Below, one piece after another: positions 1 to 11,470 of a stretch of DNA of 64,000 nucleotides. This DNA comes from Myxococcota bacterium. GTDB lineage: Bacteria; Myxococcota_A; UBA9042; PHBI01; JAWLBL01. A model generated the notes under the pieces. The model was given only the letters and a program-made list of their open reading frames with translations. It did not search any database and had not been told where the DNA came from. The DNA lies in contig JAWLBL010000009.1 of the NCBI GenBank assembly GCA_041687695.1, positions 75,634-139,633 of the forward strand, in the 5' to 3' direction. Within the stretch, counting starts at the first letter, position 1. Every line of letters starts with the position of its first letter. The position numbers and the translations under genes are program-made.

Positions 1-1323
<1,323 letters not shown>

Positions 1324-1362
1324 CGCGCCGCTCGGCGCCGCCCGAGTGGCTGATGACCAGAT

Positions 1363-1399
1363 GACGAAGCCCGCGGGATCATCCCCCGCGGGCTTCGTC
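1363..1399. terminator. Hairpin between convergent lon and eno (probable bidirectional terminator)
   Basis: 15-bp perfect stem GACGAAGCCCGCGGG / CCCGCGGGCTTCGTC followed by CGTTTC. Confidence 0.7.
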
Positions 1400-1433
1400 C
1401 GTTTCGAGGGGCCGGAGGACGCCCGGCCGTGCC

Positions 1434-2711
<1,278 letters not shown>

Positions 2712-2887
2712 CTACCTCCGGAGGGGCGGGCGTTGATGGCAGGAACGTGAAAGGGGTCGCAGCCTCTGTAATGGTGGCCTCGTTGGAGGTCAACGGTTTG
2801 ACACCACGGGGCCCCGAGCCCGATGATCCGCCTCCCGTCCGCGTGGCCCGGGGGGGCGCGCGGCCCCACAGGCAAGGAACGAACGAC

Positions 2888-3337
2888 ATGAAGCGATGGA
2901 CCCTGGCCCTCGGCGCGCTGCTGGCCCTGTCCCTCTCGGCGACGGCGTGCGGCGGCAAGAAGGAGGCGACGCCCCAAGCGGACGCGGCCTCCCAGCAGCC
3001 CGGGACGACGCCTCCGGCGACGGCGGACGCCGGCGAGACGCCCGAGGCCCCCGCCGCGCAGCCGGACGCTGGCGCGGCCCCGGCGCCCGAGGCCCCCGCC
3101 CCCGACGCGCAGACGGGGCAGGTGGCACCGCCCGTGCACGACAAGGCGACGATGCAGCGGGCCTACGTCGAGATCTACTGCGCGCAGCGCAAGGGCGAGG
3201 CGCAGGCCCTGCTCGACCTGTACGCCAAGTACGGCTTCACCGACCCCGCGGCCTGGACCAAGGCCTGGACCGAGCACGCGAAGGACGCGGCCTGGGTCGC
3301 GCAGATCACGTCCGAGGCCATCAGCGCCTGCCCCTGA
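2888..3337 (+). CDS. Hypothetical lipoprotein with Pro/Ala-rich linker
   Basis: MKRWTLALGALLALSLSATAC signal peptide/lipobox; AAGGA RBS. Confidence 0.75.
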   Translation: MKRWTLALGALLALSLSATACGGKKEATPQADAASQQPGTTPPATADAGETPEAPAAQPDAGAAPAPEAPAPDAQTGQVAPPVHDKATMQRAYVEIYCAQRKGEAQALLDLYAKYGFTDPAAWTKAWTEHAKDAAWVAQITSEAISACP

Positions 3338-3554
3338 GCGCCCACGGGCGCGCGACGCGAGCGGCTCGCTCAGCGCGCTCGGACGCCGCTCGCGCGTTCG
3401 GGCGCGCTCCGAGGCCCTCGCCCCCTCCAGACCCAGCGGCTCGCCGGCCTGACCCGAATCGGCGGCGGGCCCCGGCTCGAACGTCCCGTCAGACGTTCTC
3501 CGCGACGCCGGCCTTCGAGGCCGCTGACAAGCATGTCATAGCTTGACAGAGGGA

Positions 3555-3583
3555 CTTGGAAGAGGGGCTTGGAAGAGGGGCTT
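3555..3583. repeat. 13-bp tandem repeat CTTGGAAGAGGGG (about 2.2 copies)
   Basis: cttggaagagggg cttggaagagggg ctt read directly. Confidence 0.85.
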
Positions 3584-3585
3584 CG

Positions 3586-3721
3586 AAAAGGGTGCGGCGT
3601 GTGAGCCGGGGAGACTCACACGCCGCGGGGGGAAGAGGGCTCTGAACGGACAGGGGAACCCGTAGAGCCTTCAGGAGGGGAAGAAGGAGGATTTGGGGAT
3701 AGGACAATTACCACACGCACC
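3586..3721 (-). ncRNA. Candidate sigma-54-dependent small RNA with C-rich loops
   Basis: Begins about 12 nt downstream of a consensus -24/-12 promoter; hairpins at 3637-3670 and 3594-3626 pair better on the minus strand (G-U wobbles) and expose UCCCC loops; last stem followed by ACCCUUUU; no convincing ORF; ends are estimates. Confidence 0.5.
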
Positions 3722-3731
3722 CCAGAGTATC

Positions 3732-3748
3732 TGCAACGTGCGTGCCAA
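3732..3748 (-). promoter_or_regulatory. Sigma-54 (RpoN) -24/-12 promoter
   Basis: Minus strand TTGGCACG-CACG-TTGCA is an exact match to TGGCACG-N4-TTGCW. Confidence 0.8.
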
Positions 3749-3955
3749 CCTCGCTCCCCGCGCCGAGACTGCCTCCGCCGCCCTCCTGGGGCGACTCAAA
3801 ATGAAACAGAACGCGCGTTGAATTCCCTTCGGGTCCCCCGAACGGGGGGGAGGGGCTCGGGAGCCGCCGAAAATGGCGGGCTGTCGAGGTGCCACCCATC
3901 CTAGTCTCACATTGAAACATCGCAAGCCCATTGTGAAACACACCCGGAACACGAG

Positions 3956-4783
3956 GTGTCCGTCGTGAGAAACGTCGCCGTCGTCCAGCTCTGCTCGACC
4001 CAGGACATCGAGGCGAACCTGAAGGAGATCGGCCGATACGTCCGCGAGGCGGCGGCGGCGGGCGCCGAGCTGGTCGCGCTGCCCGAGAACTGCGTCTTTC
4101 TGCGCACCGAGGCCGGGACCCAGGCGCCGGTGCAGCCGCTCGAGGGCGAGCTGATGGGCCGCCTGCGCGCCCTGGCCGAGGAGGCGGGCACCTGGCTGCT
4201 GGTCGGCAGCTTCCCCGAGCGGTCACCCGACCCGCGTCGCTACTACAACACGAGCGTCGTCATCGACGGGACGACCCGCGGGGCGCCCATCGTGGCCACC
4301 TACCGCAAGCTCCATCTGTTCGACATCGACATCCCGGGGAGCGAGAGCCAGCGCGAGTCCGACAGCATCATGGCCGGCGACCAGATCGTGTGCGCGGACG
4401 TGGCCGGCATGCGGACCGGGCTGAGCATCTGCTACGATCTGCGCTTCCCGCGCCTGTACTCGGCGCTGGTGGACGCGGGCGCCCAGGTCATCACCGTCCC
4501 GGCGGCCTTCACCGAATACACGGGCAAAGATCACTGGCTGGTGCTGCTGCGGGCCCGCGCCATCGAGACGCAGACCTTCGTGGTGGCGCCCGGCCAGTTC
4601 GGCTGGCACGGCGGCAAGCGGCGCAGCTACGGCAAGAGCGCCATCATCGATCCGTGGGGCATCCCGCTGGCGATGGCGCCCGACCGCACCGGCTGGGTGA
4701 TGGCGCGGCTGGACTTCGAGCACATGGAGTCGGTGCGTCGCTCGCTGCCCTGCGCGCAGCACCGCAGCCCCGTCGTCCGGTGA
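3956..4783 (+). CDS. Carbon-nitrogen hydrolase (Nit1/deaminated glutathione amidase-like)
   Basis: Catalytic E-K-C motifs LPEN, YRKLHLFD, ICYDLRFP; RARAIETQ. Confidence 0.92.
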   Translation: MSVVRNVAVVQLCSTQDIEANLKEIGRYVREAAAAGAELVALPENCVFLRTEAGTQAPVQPLEGELMGRLRALAEEAGTWLLVGSFPERSPDPRRYYNTSVVIDGTTRGAPIVATYRKLHLFDIDIPGSESQRESDSIMAGDQIVCADVAGMRTGLSICYDLRFPRLYSALVDAGAQVITVPAAFTEYTGKDHWLVLLRARAIETQTFVVAPGQFGWHGGKRRSYGKSAIIDPWGIPLAMAPDRTGWVMARLDFEHMESVRRSLPCAQHRSPVVR

Positions 4784-4867
4784 GCCTGACGTGGTGGCGT
4801 GCGGCGCGGCGAGCGGCTATCTTGGCGGCGGCCCGAACGCGGGGCCGAGACACCTCGAGAGGATTCG

Positions 4868-5683
4868 ATGAAGCTCCGTCGCCTGCTGCTGCCCGCCGCC
4901 GTCACCTGCGCCCTGCTCGCCTCGGGGTGCGAGCGCAAGCCCAACGTCATCATCGTCAACGAGGACGAGGTCAAGGAGGCCGAGTCGCCGCCGCCGGGGC
5001 GCAGCGAGGAGGAGCTGCGGGCCGAGTACGAGGCGCGCATCAAGGCGCGCGAGAACCAGCCCGAGCCGGAGCTGGACCCGAACGACCCGCGCGAGAAGTT
5101 CGAGCTGGTCTGGAAGGTCGGGCAGAGCCGCATCGACTCCATCTATTCGGAGCGGGCCGAGATGCTCGGGCTGCTCAGCCGCATCAAGCTCGACGATCCC
5201 AAGGAGAAGGCCACGGTCGAGCCGCTCGTGAAGAAGCTGACCGAGTTCGGCATCGGCCGCGAGCCGGCGTCGATGGAGAAGGCGGCCGCCGAGCTCTGCA
5301 AGGTCATCGAGGAGGTGCGGGGGCCCGCCGAGGCGCTCATCGGCGCCGGCGAGACGGAGCTCAAGCGCATCAACGACGAGACGGCCGCGCTCGACGCCAA
5401 GGCCGAGAGCGGCGGGACCGTCTACCAGCGCCAGTGGGACAAGATCGACAAGGAGCGGACGCGCTGGTCGGCGCCCGTGAAGGCCGGCAAGCAGATGCTG
5501 CTGGTCATCAAGTCGATCCTCGAGGAGGGCTATGTGCTGGCGGACCTGGGGCCGCGCCGCGCGCAAATCGCCCTGCGCGACTGCCTGGGGCCGATGGTCG
5601 ACAAGCCGTTCACGCTGGACCTGACCCAAGACCAGCTGGTCGAGACGGTCGGGCGCGCCAAGTGGTACCGAGACCTTCCCTAG
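4868..5683 (+). CDS. Hypothetical helical lipoprotein
   Basis: MKLRRLLLPAAVTCALLASGC lipobox; GAGGA RBS; strong GC3 bias. Confidence 0.75.
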   Translation: MKLRRLLLPAAVTCALLASGCERKPNVIIVNEDEVKEAESPPPGRSEEELRAEYEARIKARENQPEPELDPNDPREKFELVWKVGQSRIDSIYSERAEMLGLLSRIKLDDPKEKATVEPLVKKLTEFGIGREPASMEKAAAELCKVIEEVRGPAEALIGAGETELKRINDETAALDAKAESGGTVYQRQWDKIDKERTRWSAPVKAGKQMLLVIKSILEEGYVLADLGPRRAQIALRDCLGPMVDKPFTLDLTQDQLVETVGRAKWYRDLP

Positions 5684-5731
5684 CCGGCGCCGGGCAGAGT
5701 AGACAGGGGGCTCCCAACCCGGAGCCACCCG

Positions 5732-7807
5732 ATGCCCAACCGCCTCGCGAGCGAGACGTCGCCCTACCTGCTGCAGCACCAGGACAACCCGGTCGACTGG
5801 TGGCCGTGGTGTGACGAGGCGATCGCATTGGCGCGGGCCGAGGACAAGCCCATCCTGCTGTCCATCGGCTACTCGGCCTGTCACTGGTGCCACGTCATGG
5901 CCCACGAGTCCTTCGAGGACGCCTCCATCGCGGGCTTGATGAACGAGGCCTTCGTCAACGTGAAGGTGGACCGCGAGGAGCGGCCGGACCTCGATCAGAT
6001 CTACCAGACGGCCGTTCAGGCGCTACGCGACGGCCACGGCGGCTGGCCGCTGACGGTCTTCCTCACGCCCGAGCTGACGCCGTTCTGGGGCGGGACCTAC
6101 TTCCCCAACGTCCCGCGCTACGGGATGCCCTCGTTCCCGCAGGTGCTGGGGTCCATCCGCGAGGCGTGGCAGCACCACCGGGACGACCTGCTGGCGGACG
6201 GGCAGGCGCTGACCCGCATCGTGGCGCAGGCGACGCGTCCACCCGAGGCGACCGGCCAGGTGCCCGACCTGGGCCAGCTGCACGGCCTGGCGCGGCGCAT
6301 GCTCGGCGCCATCGACGGCGCCCACGGCGGCTTCGGCGAGCGCCCCAAGTTCCCGAACGCGTCGAACCTGTCGTTCATGCTGCGCGTGGGCGTCGCGTGT
6401 GAGGACGCCGACCTCGAGCGGGCCGTGGCGTTGACGCTCGACCGCATGGCCGCGGGCGGCCTGTACGACCACCTGGGCGGCGGCTTCCACCGCTACAGCG
6501 TCGACGAGCGGTGGCTGGTGCCCCACTTCGAGAAGATGCTCTACGACAACGCGGCGCTGGTCGGCCTGTACGCCGAGGGCTGGCAGGCGCTGGGGCACGA
6601 CCGCTGGGCGCAGGTCGTGGCCGAGACCGTGGGGTACGTGGTGCGCGAGATGCAGGCGCCGCAGGGCGGCCTGTATGCCACGCAGGACGCGGACAGCGAG
6701 GGCGAGGAGGGGCGCTTCTTCGTCTGGAGCCGGGACGAGGTCACGCGGGTCCTCGAGGCGGCCGGCCTCGGCGAGCGGGTGGCCGGCCTGTTCGAGGCGG
6801 TCTACGACGTCACGCCGGCGGGCAACTTCGAGGGACACAACATCCTGCACCTCGAGCGCTCGGTGGCCCACGCGGCGGCCGACGCGGGCTTCCCGGCGGT
6901 CGAGGCCGAGGAGCTGCTGGCGCGCGCGCGGCAGGCCCTGTTCGAGGCGAGAGAGCAGCGCGTGAAGCCGGGGCGGGACGAGAAGATCCTGACGGCGTGG
7001 AACGGCCTTATGATCGGCGCCATGGCCCGGGCGGCCCTGGCCTTCGACCGCGACGACTGGCGCGAGGCCGCCCGCCGGGCGGGGCGGTTCGCCGTCGACA
7101 CCCTCAGCGAGGCGAGCGGCGCCTGCCACCGCTTCTGGAAGGACGGACGGCTGGGCACCGACGGGGACCTCGACGACCACGCCTTCCTGGCGGACGGCCT
7201 GGTCCGCCTGTACGAGGCGACCGGAGAGTCCGAGTGGCTCGAGCGCGCCGAACGCATCGCCGAACGCATGATCGCCACGTTCCACGACGCGACCAACGAC
7301 GCCTGGTTCTTCACGCCACCGGCGCGCGCGCACGTCGTGGCCCGGCTCCACTCGAGCTACGACGGGTCGACGCCGTCGGGGGCCTCGGTGGCGACGCAGG
7401 TGCTGCTGCGCCTGGGCGTGCTGTGTGGCAACGAGACCTGGCGGGCCATGGCCGAGCGCACCCTGGCCCGCTACGCGCCGACCTTCAACCGCAACCCACT
7501 GGGGTTCGGCCACATGCTGGGGGCCGCCCTGCTGCACGCCCGCCCGCCGCGCGAGCTGGTGGTCGCGGGGACGGCGGACACGCGGCGGCCGCTGGTCCGC
7601 GTGGCGGGGCGCGCCTTCGCGCCCGACCTGATCCTGGTCCAGCTGACGGCGACCGGCGACGGCGCCCCCTCGCTGGCCCCGGGGCTGACCGCGGGCCGGC
7701 GCCTGACCAGCGCGGCGTCGTGCGCCTGGCTGTGCGAGGCCTACACGTGCCGGACGCCGACCGAGGACCCCGAGGTGCTCGCGATGCAGCTGGACGTGCG
7801 CCCCTGA
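5732..7807 (+). CDS. Thioredoxin-domain protein, YyaL/SPATA20 family
   Basis: [55 protein letters not shown]. Confidence 0.95.
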   Translation: MPNRLASETSPYLLQHQDNPVDWWPWCDEAIALARAEDKPILLSIGYSACHWCHVMAHESFEDASIAGLMNEAFVNVKVDREERPDLDQIYQTAVQALRDGHGGWPLTVFLTPELTPFWGGTYFPNVPRYGMPSFPQVLGSIREAWQHHRDDLLADGQALTRIVAQATRPPEATGQVPDLGQLHGLARRMLGAIDGAHGGFGERPKFPNASNLSFMLRVGVACEDADLERAVALTLDRMAAGGLYDHLGGGFHRYSVDERWLVPHFEKMLYDNAALVGLYAEGWQALGHDRWAQVVAETVGYVVREMQAPQGGLYATQDADSEGEEGRFFVWSRDEVTRVLEAAGLGERVAGLFEAVYDVTPAGNFEGHNILHLERSVAHAAADAGFPAVEAEELLARARQALFEAREQRVKPGRDEKILTAWNGLMIGAMARAALAFDRDDWREAARRAGRFAVDTLSEASGACHRFWKDGRLGTDGDLDDHAFLADGLVRLYEATGESEWLERAERIAERMIATFHDATNDAWFFTPPARAHVVARLHSSYDGSTPSGASVATQVLLRLGVLCGNETWRAMAERTLARYAPTFNRNPLGFGHMLGAALLHARPPRELVVAGTADTRRPLVRVAGRAFAPDLILVQLTATGDGAPSLAPGLTAGRRLTSAASCAWLCEAYTCRTPTEDPEVLAMQLDVRP

Positions 7808-7828
7808 CCGCCCGCTCGGGTCAGCGGT

Positions 7829-8035
7829 CTAGCGAGCCAGCCGCCACGCCAGGATCAGCACCGCGACGGCCAGGAACGACCACAGGAGCACGGTGACGAA
7901 GGTCACCTCGCGCTTGCCGCCCGGGCGACGCCGCTGCCCCATGGCGCCGCGGAAGCCCGAGCGCATGCTCATCATCGTGCCGCCGGAGCTGGGCGCCGGG
8001 CGCCGCTTGGGCGCGGTCTTAGCCTTGCGTGCCAT
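7829..8035 (-). CDS. Small basic protein with C-terminal TM helix
   Basis: 68 aa, K/R-rich N-terminus, hydrophobic C-terminus; overlaps ferredoxin 3' end; GAGGAG upstream. Confidence 0.6.
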   Translation of the reverse strand: MARKAKTAPKRRPAPSSGGTMMSMRSGFRGAMGQRRRPGGKREVTFVTVLLWSFLAVAVLILAWRLAR

Positions 8036-8393
8036 CGTCTTCGGACTCCTCGAGCCGGAGGAGCTTGTCTTCGACGACGCGGCCGCCGACGACGTGCTCC
8101 TCGAAGATGCGATCGACGTCCTCGAGCGTCACCCGACCATACCAGGTGCCCTCGGGGTAGATGACGACCGTCACGCCCTGTTCGCAGTAGTCCAGGCAGC
8201 CCGCCTCGTTGGCGCGGACGCGGCCCTTGAGGCCGTGGATGCCCACGAGGGCCTTGAAGCGGTCGCGCACCTCGGAGCCGCCTCGCCGCTTGCAGCTGCC
8301 GCGGGGGTGGCCCTCGCGGCGCTCGTTCACGCAGACGAAGACGTGGCGCTCGTAGCCGGGTTCGCGCTGGGCCAAGGGGGCCTCTTCGGGCAT
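8019..8393 (-). CDS. Thioredoxin-like [2Fe-2S] ferredoxin
   Basis: HVFVCVNER...SC, AGCLDYCEQG, VIYPEGTWY. Confidence 0.9.
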   Translation of the reverse strand: MPEEAPLAQREPGYERHVFVCVNERREGHPRGSCKRRGGSEVRDRFKALVGIHGLKGRVRANEAGCLDYCEQGVTVVIYPEGTWYGRVTLEDVDRIFEEHVVGGRVVEDKLLRLEESEDDGTQG

Positions 8394-11095
8394 CAGGGAG
8401 GGGTGCAGGCCTGGCTGGCGCCGCGGCGGCAGGCCTCGGCGAGGGCGGCGTTCATCTCGTCGATGCGTTGCATCCTCTGGAGCAGCGCGGCCGCCGTCAA
8501 CAGTGGTGCCGGATCGTCCGGCGTCAGGCGCGCCACGCGGCGGAAGGTCTCGACCGCGGCGGCGGCCTCGCCGAGCTCGACCTGGGCGCGGCCGAGGTTC
8601 TGCAGGCTCGGCAGGTGGTCGGGACGCCGCGCCAACGTCGCCTGGAAGGCCCGAGCGGCGCCGCGCCAGTCACCCGCCTCGACGGCCAGCTGGCCGAGTT
8701 CGAACGGCGGCTCCCAGCCGGGGCTGCCCGCGGCCGCCCGCTCGAGCGCCGCGACGGCCGCCTGGCGCTGTCCAGCGCGCGCGAGCAGGCGCCCCAGCAG
8801 GAACTGCACCTCGGCGTCACCGGGGCTCGCCGCGGCCGCCGCCTGGTACGCCGCGATGGCCTCGCGGGACCGCCCGGCGCGCTCGAGCGCCACGGCCCGG
8901 TTGCGCAGCACCGTCGCGGTGGCCTGCCCGTCCATCCGCGCGACCTCGTCGAACAGATCCGCCGCCTGGGAGAAGCGCCCCGCGCGAAACGCCGCGTCGG
9001 CCTGCGCCAGCAGCGTCCCCGCCTCGCCGCCCGGGGCGCCGTCGAGCAGCGCCAGGGCCTCGGCCGGCCGGCCCTCGGCGGTCGCCACGCGCGCCAGACC
9101 CGCCCGCGCCGCCTCCAGATCGGGCGCCTGGGCCAGCGCCGCCTCGTACAGCGGCCGCGCGCCGGCCCGATCGCCGCGCCGCTCGAGCAGCGTCGCCAGC
9201 GCGACCAGCGCCTCGGGGTCGTCCTCGCCCAGCGCCGTCGCCCGGGTCAGGGCGGCCTCGGCCTCGCGCTCCTCGCCGCGGGCCAGGTGGCTGACGGCCA
9301 GGCGGCGGAGCAGCTCGGCCGACTCGGCGCCCCGCGCGAAGGCCTCTTTCAGCGGGACGAGGGCCTCGTCGTGACGGCCGGCCTCGGCGAGCAAGCGGCC
9401 CGCCTGCTCGTGCCCACGCGTGGCGCGGAGATCCTGCGCGTCCAGAGCCAGCCACGACGCCACCGCGTCGTCCACGCGACCCTGTCGCTCGAGCGCCTCG
9501 GCCAGCACGCCGTGCAGCTCGGGGTCGAGCCCGTCGCGCAGCCCCAGCGCGTCACGCGCGTGCGCCTCGGCGAGGGCCCACTGCCCCAGCTTCATCGCGG
9601 CCCGCGCCTTGTCGAGCGCCGCCTCGGCCGGGTCGTCGGGCCGCGGCGGCGCCGGCGTGGGGTCTCCCTCGCGCTCGCCCGCCAACCGTGCGTGCCCACC
9701 GGGCTCGCGATCCACCAGGGCCGTCCGCTCGGGCGCAGGGGCCGCCGGCAGGTCGGCCGCGCGGGGTGGCTCGCGCAGCACCGCCCAGGCCGCGCCCCCG
9801 AGCCCGACCAGGAGCAGCGCGACCAGCACCCAGGCGGCCCGCTCGGGCGAGGCACGCTCGGGGCGCGTCGGCGCCGCCTTCGCGTCCGCCAGGATGTCCT
9901 TGATCGGGCTCGGCCGCGGGGCCGGCGCGACCATGCTCTCGGTGTTGCGGCGGACGGAGCGCGCGGGACGCTCGGCCGCGTTGCCCCCGTCGCGCGCCGG
10001 GGGCGCCGCCCGCGGAGGGCCGGCCAGGGTCGCGGTCGCGCCGCGCGTCCCCTCGAGCTGCTTGCGGGGCGCGCCCATCCGGGCGGTCTGACGCTTGAGG
10101 CTGGGCTTGTCGACCGGCGCGGCGGCTCGCTCCGCCTCGGGGCCGTCGTCGGACAGGAGCGGCCGCGCGCCCGCCGCGGCCAGCGGGTCGTCGCTGAACA
10201 GGTGGGCCTGTCGACGGAAGGCGTCGCGCAGCGCCTCGCGCACGTCCGACAGGCCGTCGCGGGCCAGCAGGTAGCGCAGCTGCTCGAGCACGACCGACAT
10301 CGACTCGGGCCGCTGCGACGGCTGGGGCGCCAGCATGTCCTGGACCAGCGCCCGCAGGCCAGGCGGCAGGTGGCCGACGACGCGACCGGGGTCGGGCACG
10401 GCGGCGCCGGGGCGGGTCAGGGCGCGGACGTCGGCCTCGGTCGCAAAGGGGAGCTGTCCGGTCAGCATCTCGAAGGCCAGCACGCCGAGCGAGAAGACGT
10501 CGCTGCGCGCGTCCTGCTCCTTCATGGCCAGGGCCTCGGGCGACAGGTAGATGCGCTGGTCGGCGACGCTGCCGATGCCCTCGAAGGCGGCGACGCCGGT
10601 GCGGACGAGCACCTGCAGGGACAAGCCGATCTCGGCCAGCAGGACGCGCCCGCGCAGCTGCAGCAGCACCGCGGCGGGACGCAGGTGCCCGTGGACCAGC
10701 CCGCGCTGGTGCACGAGCGACAGGGTCGCCGCGATTTCGTGCACGATCATCGCCGCGTGGGTCCACGGCAGCCGCTGCGAGGCGTCGATCAGCCGGCGGA
10801 CCGGGATGGCGCCCTCGACGACCTCGGTGACGTACCAGGCCTCGTCCGCGTGCAGCGGGGCCTGGTCGATGGGGATCTGCACGGCGACGTGCCGCAGCTG
10901 CGACCAGCGCTGCACCTCGTCCACGAAGGCCTTGAACAGGACCTCGCCGCTCTGCGCCGTCCGCGCGAGGCGCGGCAACAGACGCACCTCGACGCGGCGG
11001 TTGAGCTGCGTGTCCCAAGCCGTCCACACGTCGCAAGAAGGCCCGCTCGCCTTCAGCTCGACCAGCCGATACGGGCCCAGGAGCCGCTCTGCCAT
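8393..11095 (-). CDS. Ser/Thr pseudokinase domain + TM + TPR repeats
   Basis: Kinase fold (YLSPE, SDVFSLG, FEMLTGQLPF) with degenerate catalytic motifs; central TM helix; many TPRs at the C-terminus. Confidence 0.85.
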   Translation of the reverse strand: MAERLLGPYRLVELKASGPSCDVWTAWDTQLNRRVEVRLLPRLARTAQSGEVLFKAFVDEVQRWSQLRHVAVQIPIDQAPLHADEAWYVTEVVEGAIPVRRLIDASQRLPWTHAAMIVHEIAATLSLVHQRGLVHGHLRPAAVLLQLRGRVLLAEIGLSLQVLVRTGVAAFEGIGSVADQRIYLSPEALAMKEQDARSDVFSLGVLAFEMLTGQLPFATEADVRALTRPGAAVPDPGRVVGHLPPGLRALVQDMLAPQPSQRPESMSVVLEQLRYLLARDGLSDVREALRDAFRRQAHLFSDDPLAAAGARPLLSDDGPEAERAAAPVDKPSLKRQTARMGAPRKQLEGTRGATATLAGPPRAAPPARDGGNAAERPARSVRRNTESMVAPAPRPSPIKDILADAKAAPTRPERASPERAAWVLVALLLVGLGGAAWAVLREPPRAADLPAAPAPERTALVDREPGGHARLAGEREGDPTPAPPRPDDPAEAALDKARAAMKLGQWALAEAHARDALGLRDGLDPELHGVLAEALERQGRVDDAVASWLALDAQDLRATRGHEQAGRLLAEAGRHDEALVPLKEAFARGAESAELLRRLAVSHLARGEEREAEAALTRATALGEDDPEALVALATLLERRGDRAGARPLYEAALAQAPDLEAARAGLARVATAEGRPAEALALLDGAPGGEAGTLLAQADAAFRAGRFSQAADLFDEVARMDGQATATVLRNRAVALERAGRSREAIAAYQAAAAASPGDAEVQFLLGRLLARAGQRQAAVAALERAAAGSPGWEPPFELGQLAVEAGDWRGAARAFQATLARRPDHLPSLQNLGRAQVELGEAAAAVETFRRVARLTPDDPAPLLTAAALLQRMQRIDEMNAALAEACRRGASQACTPP

Positions 11096-11162
11096 CGTCC
11101 TCCGCTCGCGCCGGGGCCCCTGCCGCGTTGACTTGCCCCGTAGTCGCCGTAGGTTACGCGCG

Positions 11163-11438
11163 ATGAACGGTTTTCGCCACGTCCGGTGGCCGCAGAACGC
11201 GCCGGGCCGGTTCTACGTCGACGAGCAGTGCATCGACTGCGACGTCTGCCGCGACATCGCCCCGGCCCTGTTCCGACGCGACGACCGGGACGCCCACTCG
11301 TTCGTGGCCAGGCAGCCCGCGACGGCCGACGAGCGGCGGGTCGCCGAGGAGGCCAGGGACGAGTGCCCGGTCGGGGCGATCGGCGACGACGGCGACGCGC
11401 TCGAGGAGCCCCCTGTCGGTCAGCCGGCCCGTCATTGA
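11163..11438 (+). CDS. Single-cluster [4Fe-4S]/[3Fe-4S] ferredoxin
   Basis: FYVDEQCIDCDVC...ECPVGAIG. Confidence 0.88.
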   Translation: MNGFRHVRWPQNAPGRFYVDEQCIDCDVCRDIAPALFRRDDRDAHSFVARQPATADERRVAEEARDECPVGAIGDDGDALEEPPVGQPARH

Positions 11439-11470
11439 TCGGCCCGGTCGGGGGGCCGTAAGATGGCGAG

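Noticed and set aside
3543..3705. CsrB/RsmZ-like GGA-repeat RNA on the plus strand
   Set aside because: Many GGA motifs and a TTGACA at 3543, but no -10 box at proper spacing; stem wobble pairs and the sigma-54 promoter both favour the minus strand
3489..3707. 72-aa minus-strand ORF under the sigma-54 promoter
   Set aside because: TTG start about 14 nt after the predicted +1 with no SD, no GC3 bias, Pro/Ser/Leu composition dictated by C/U tracts; ncRNA is more likely, though a peptide is not excluded
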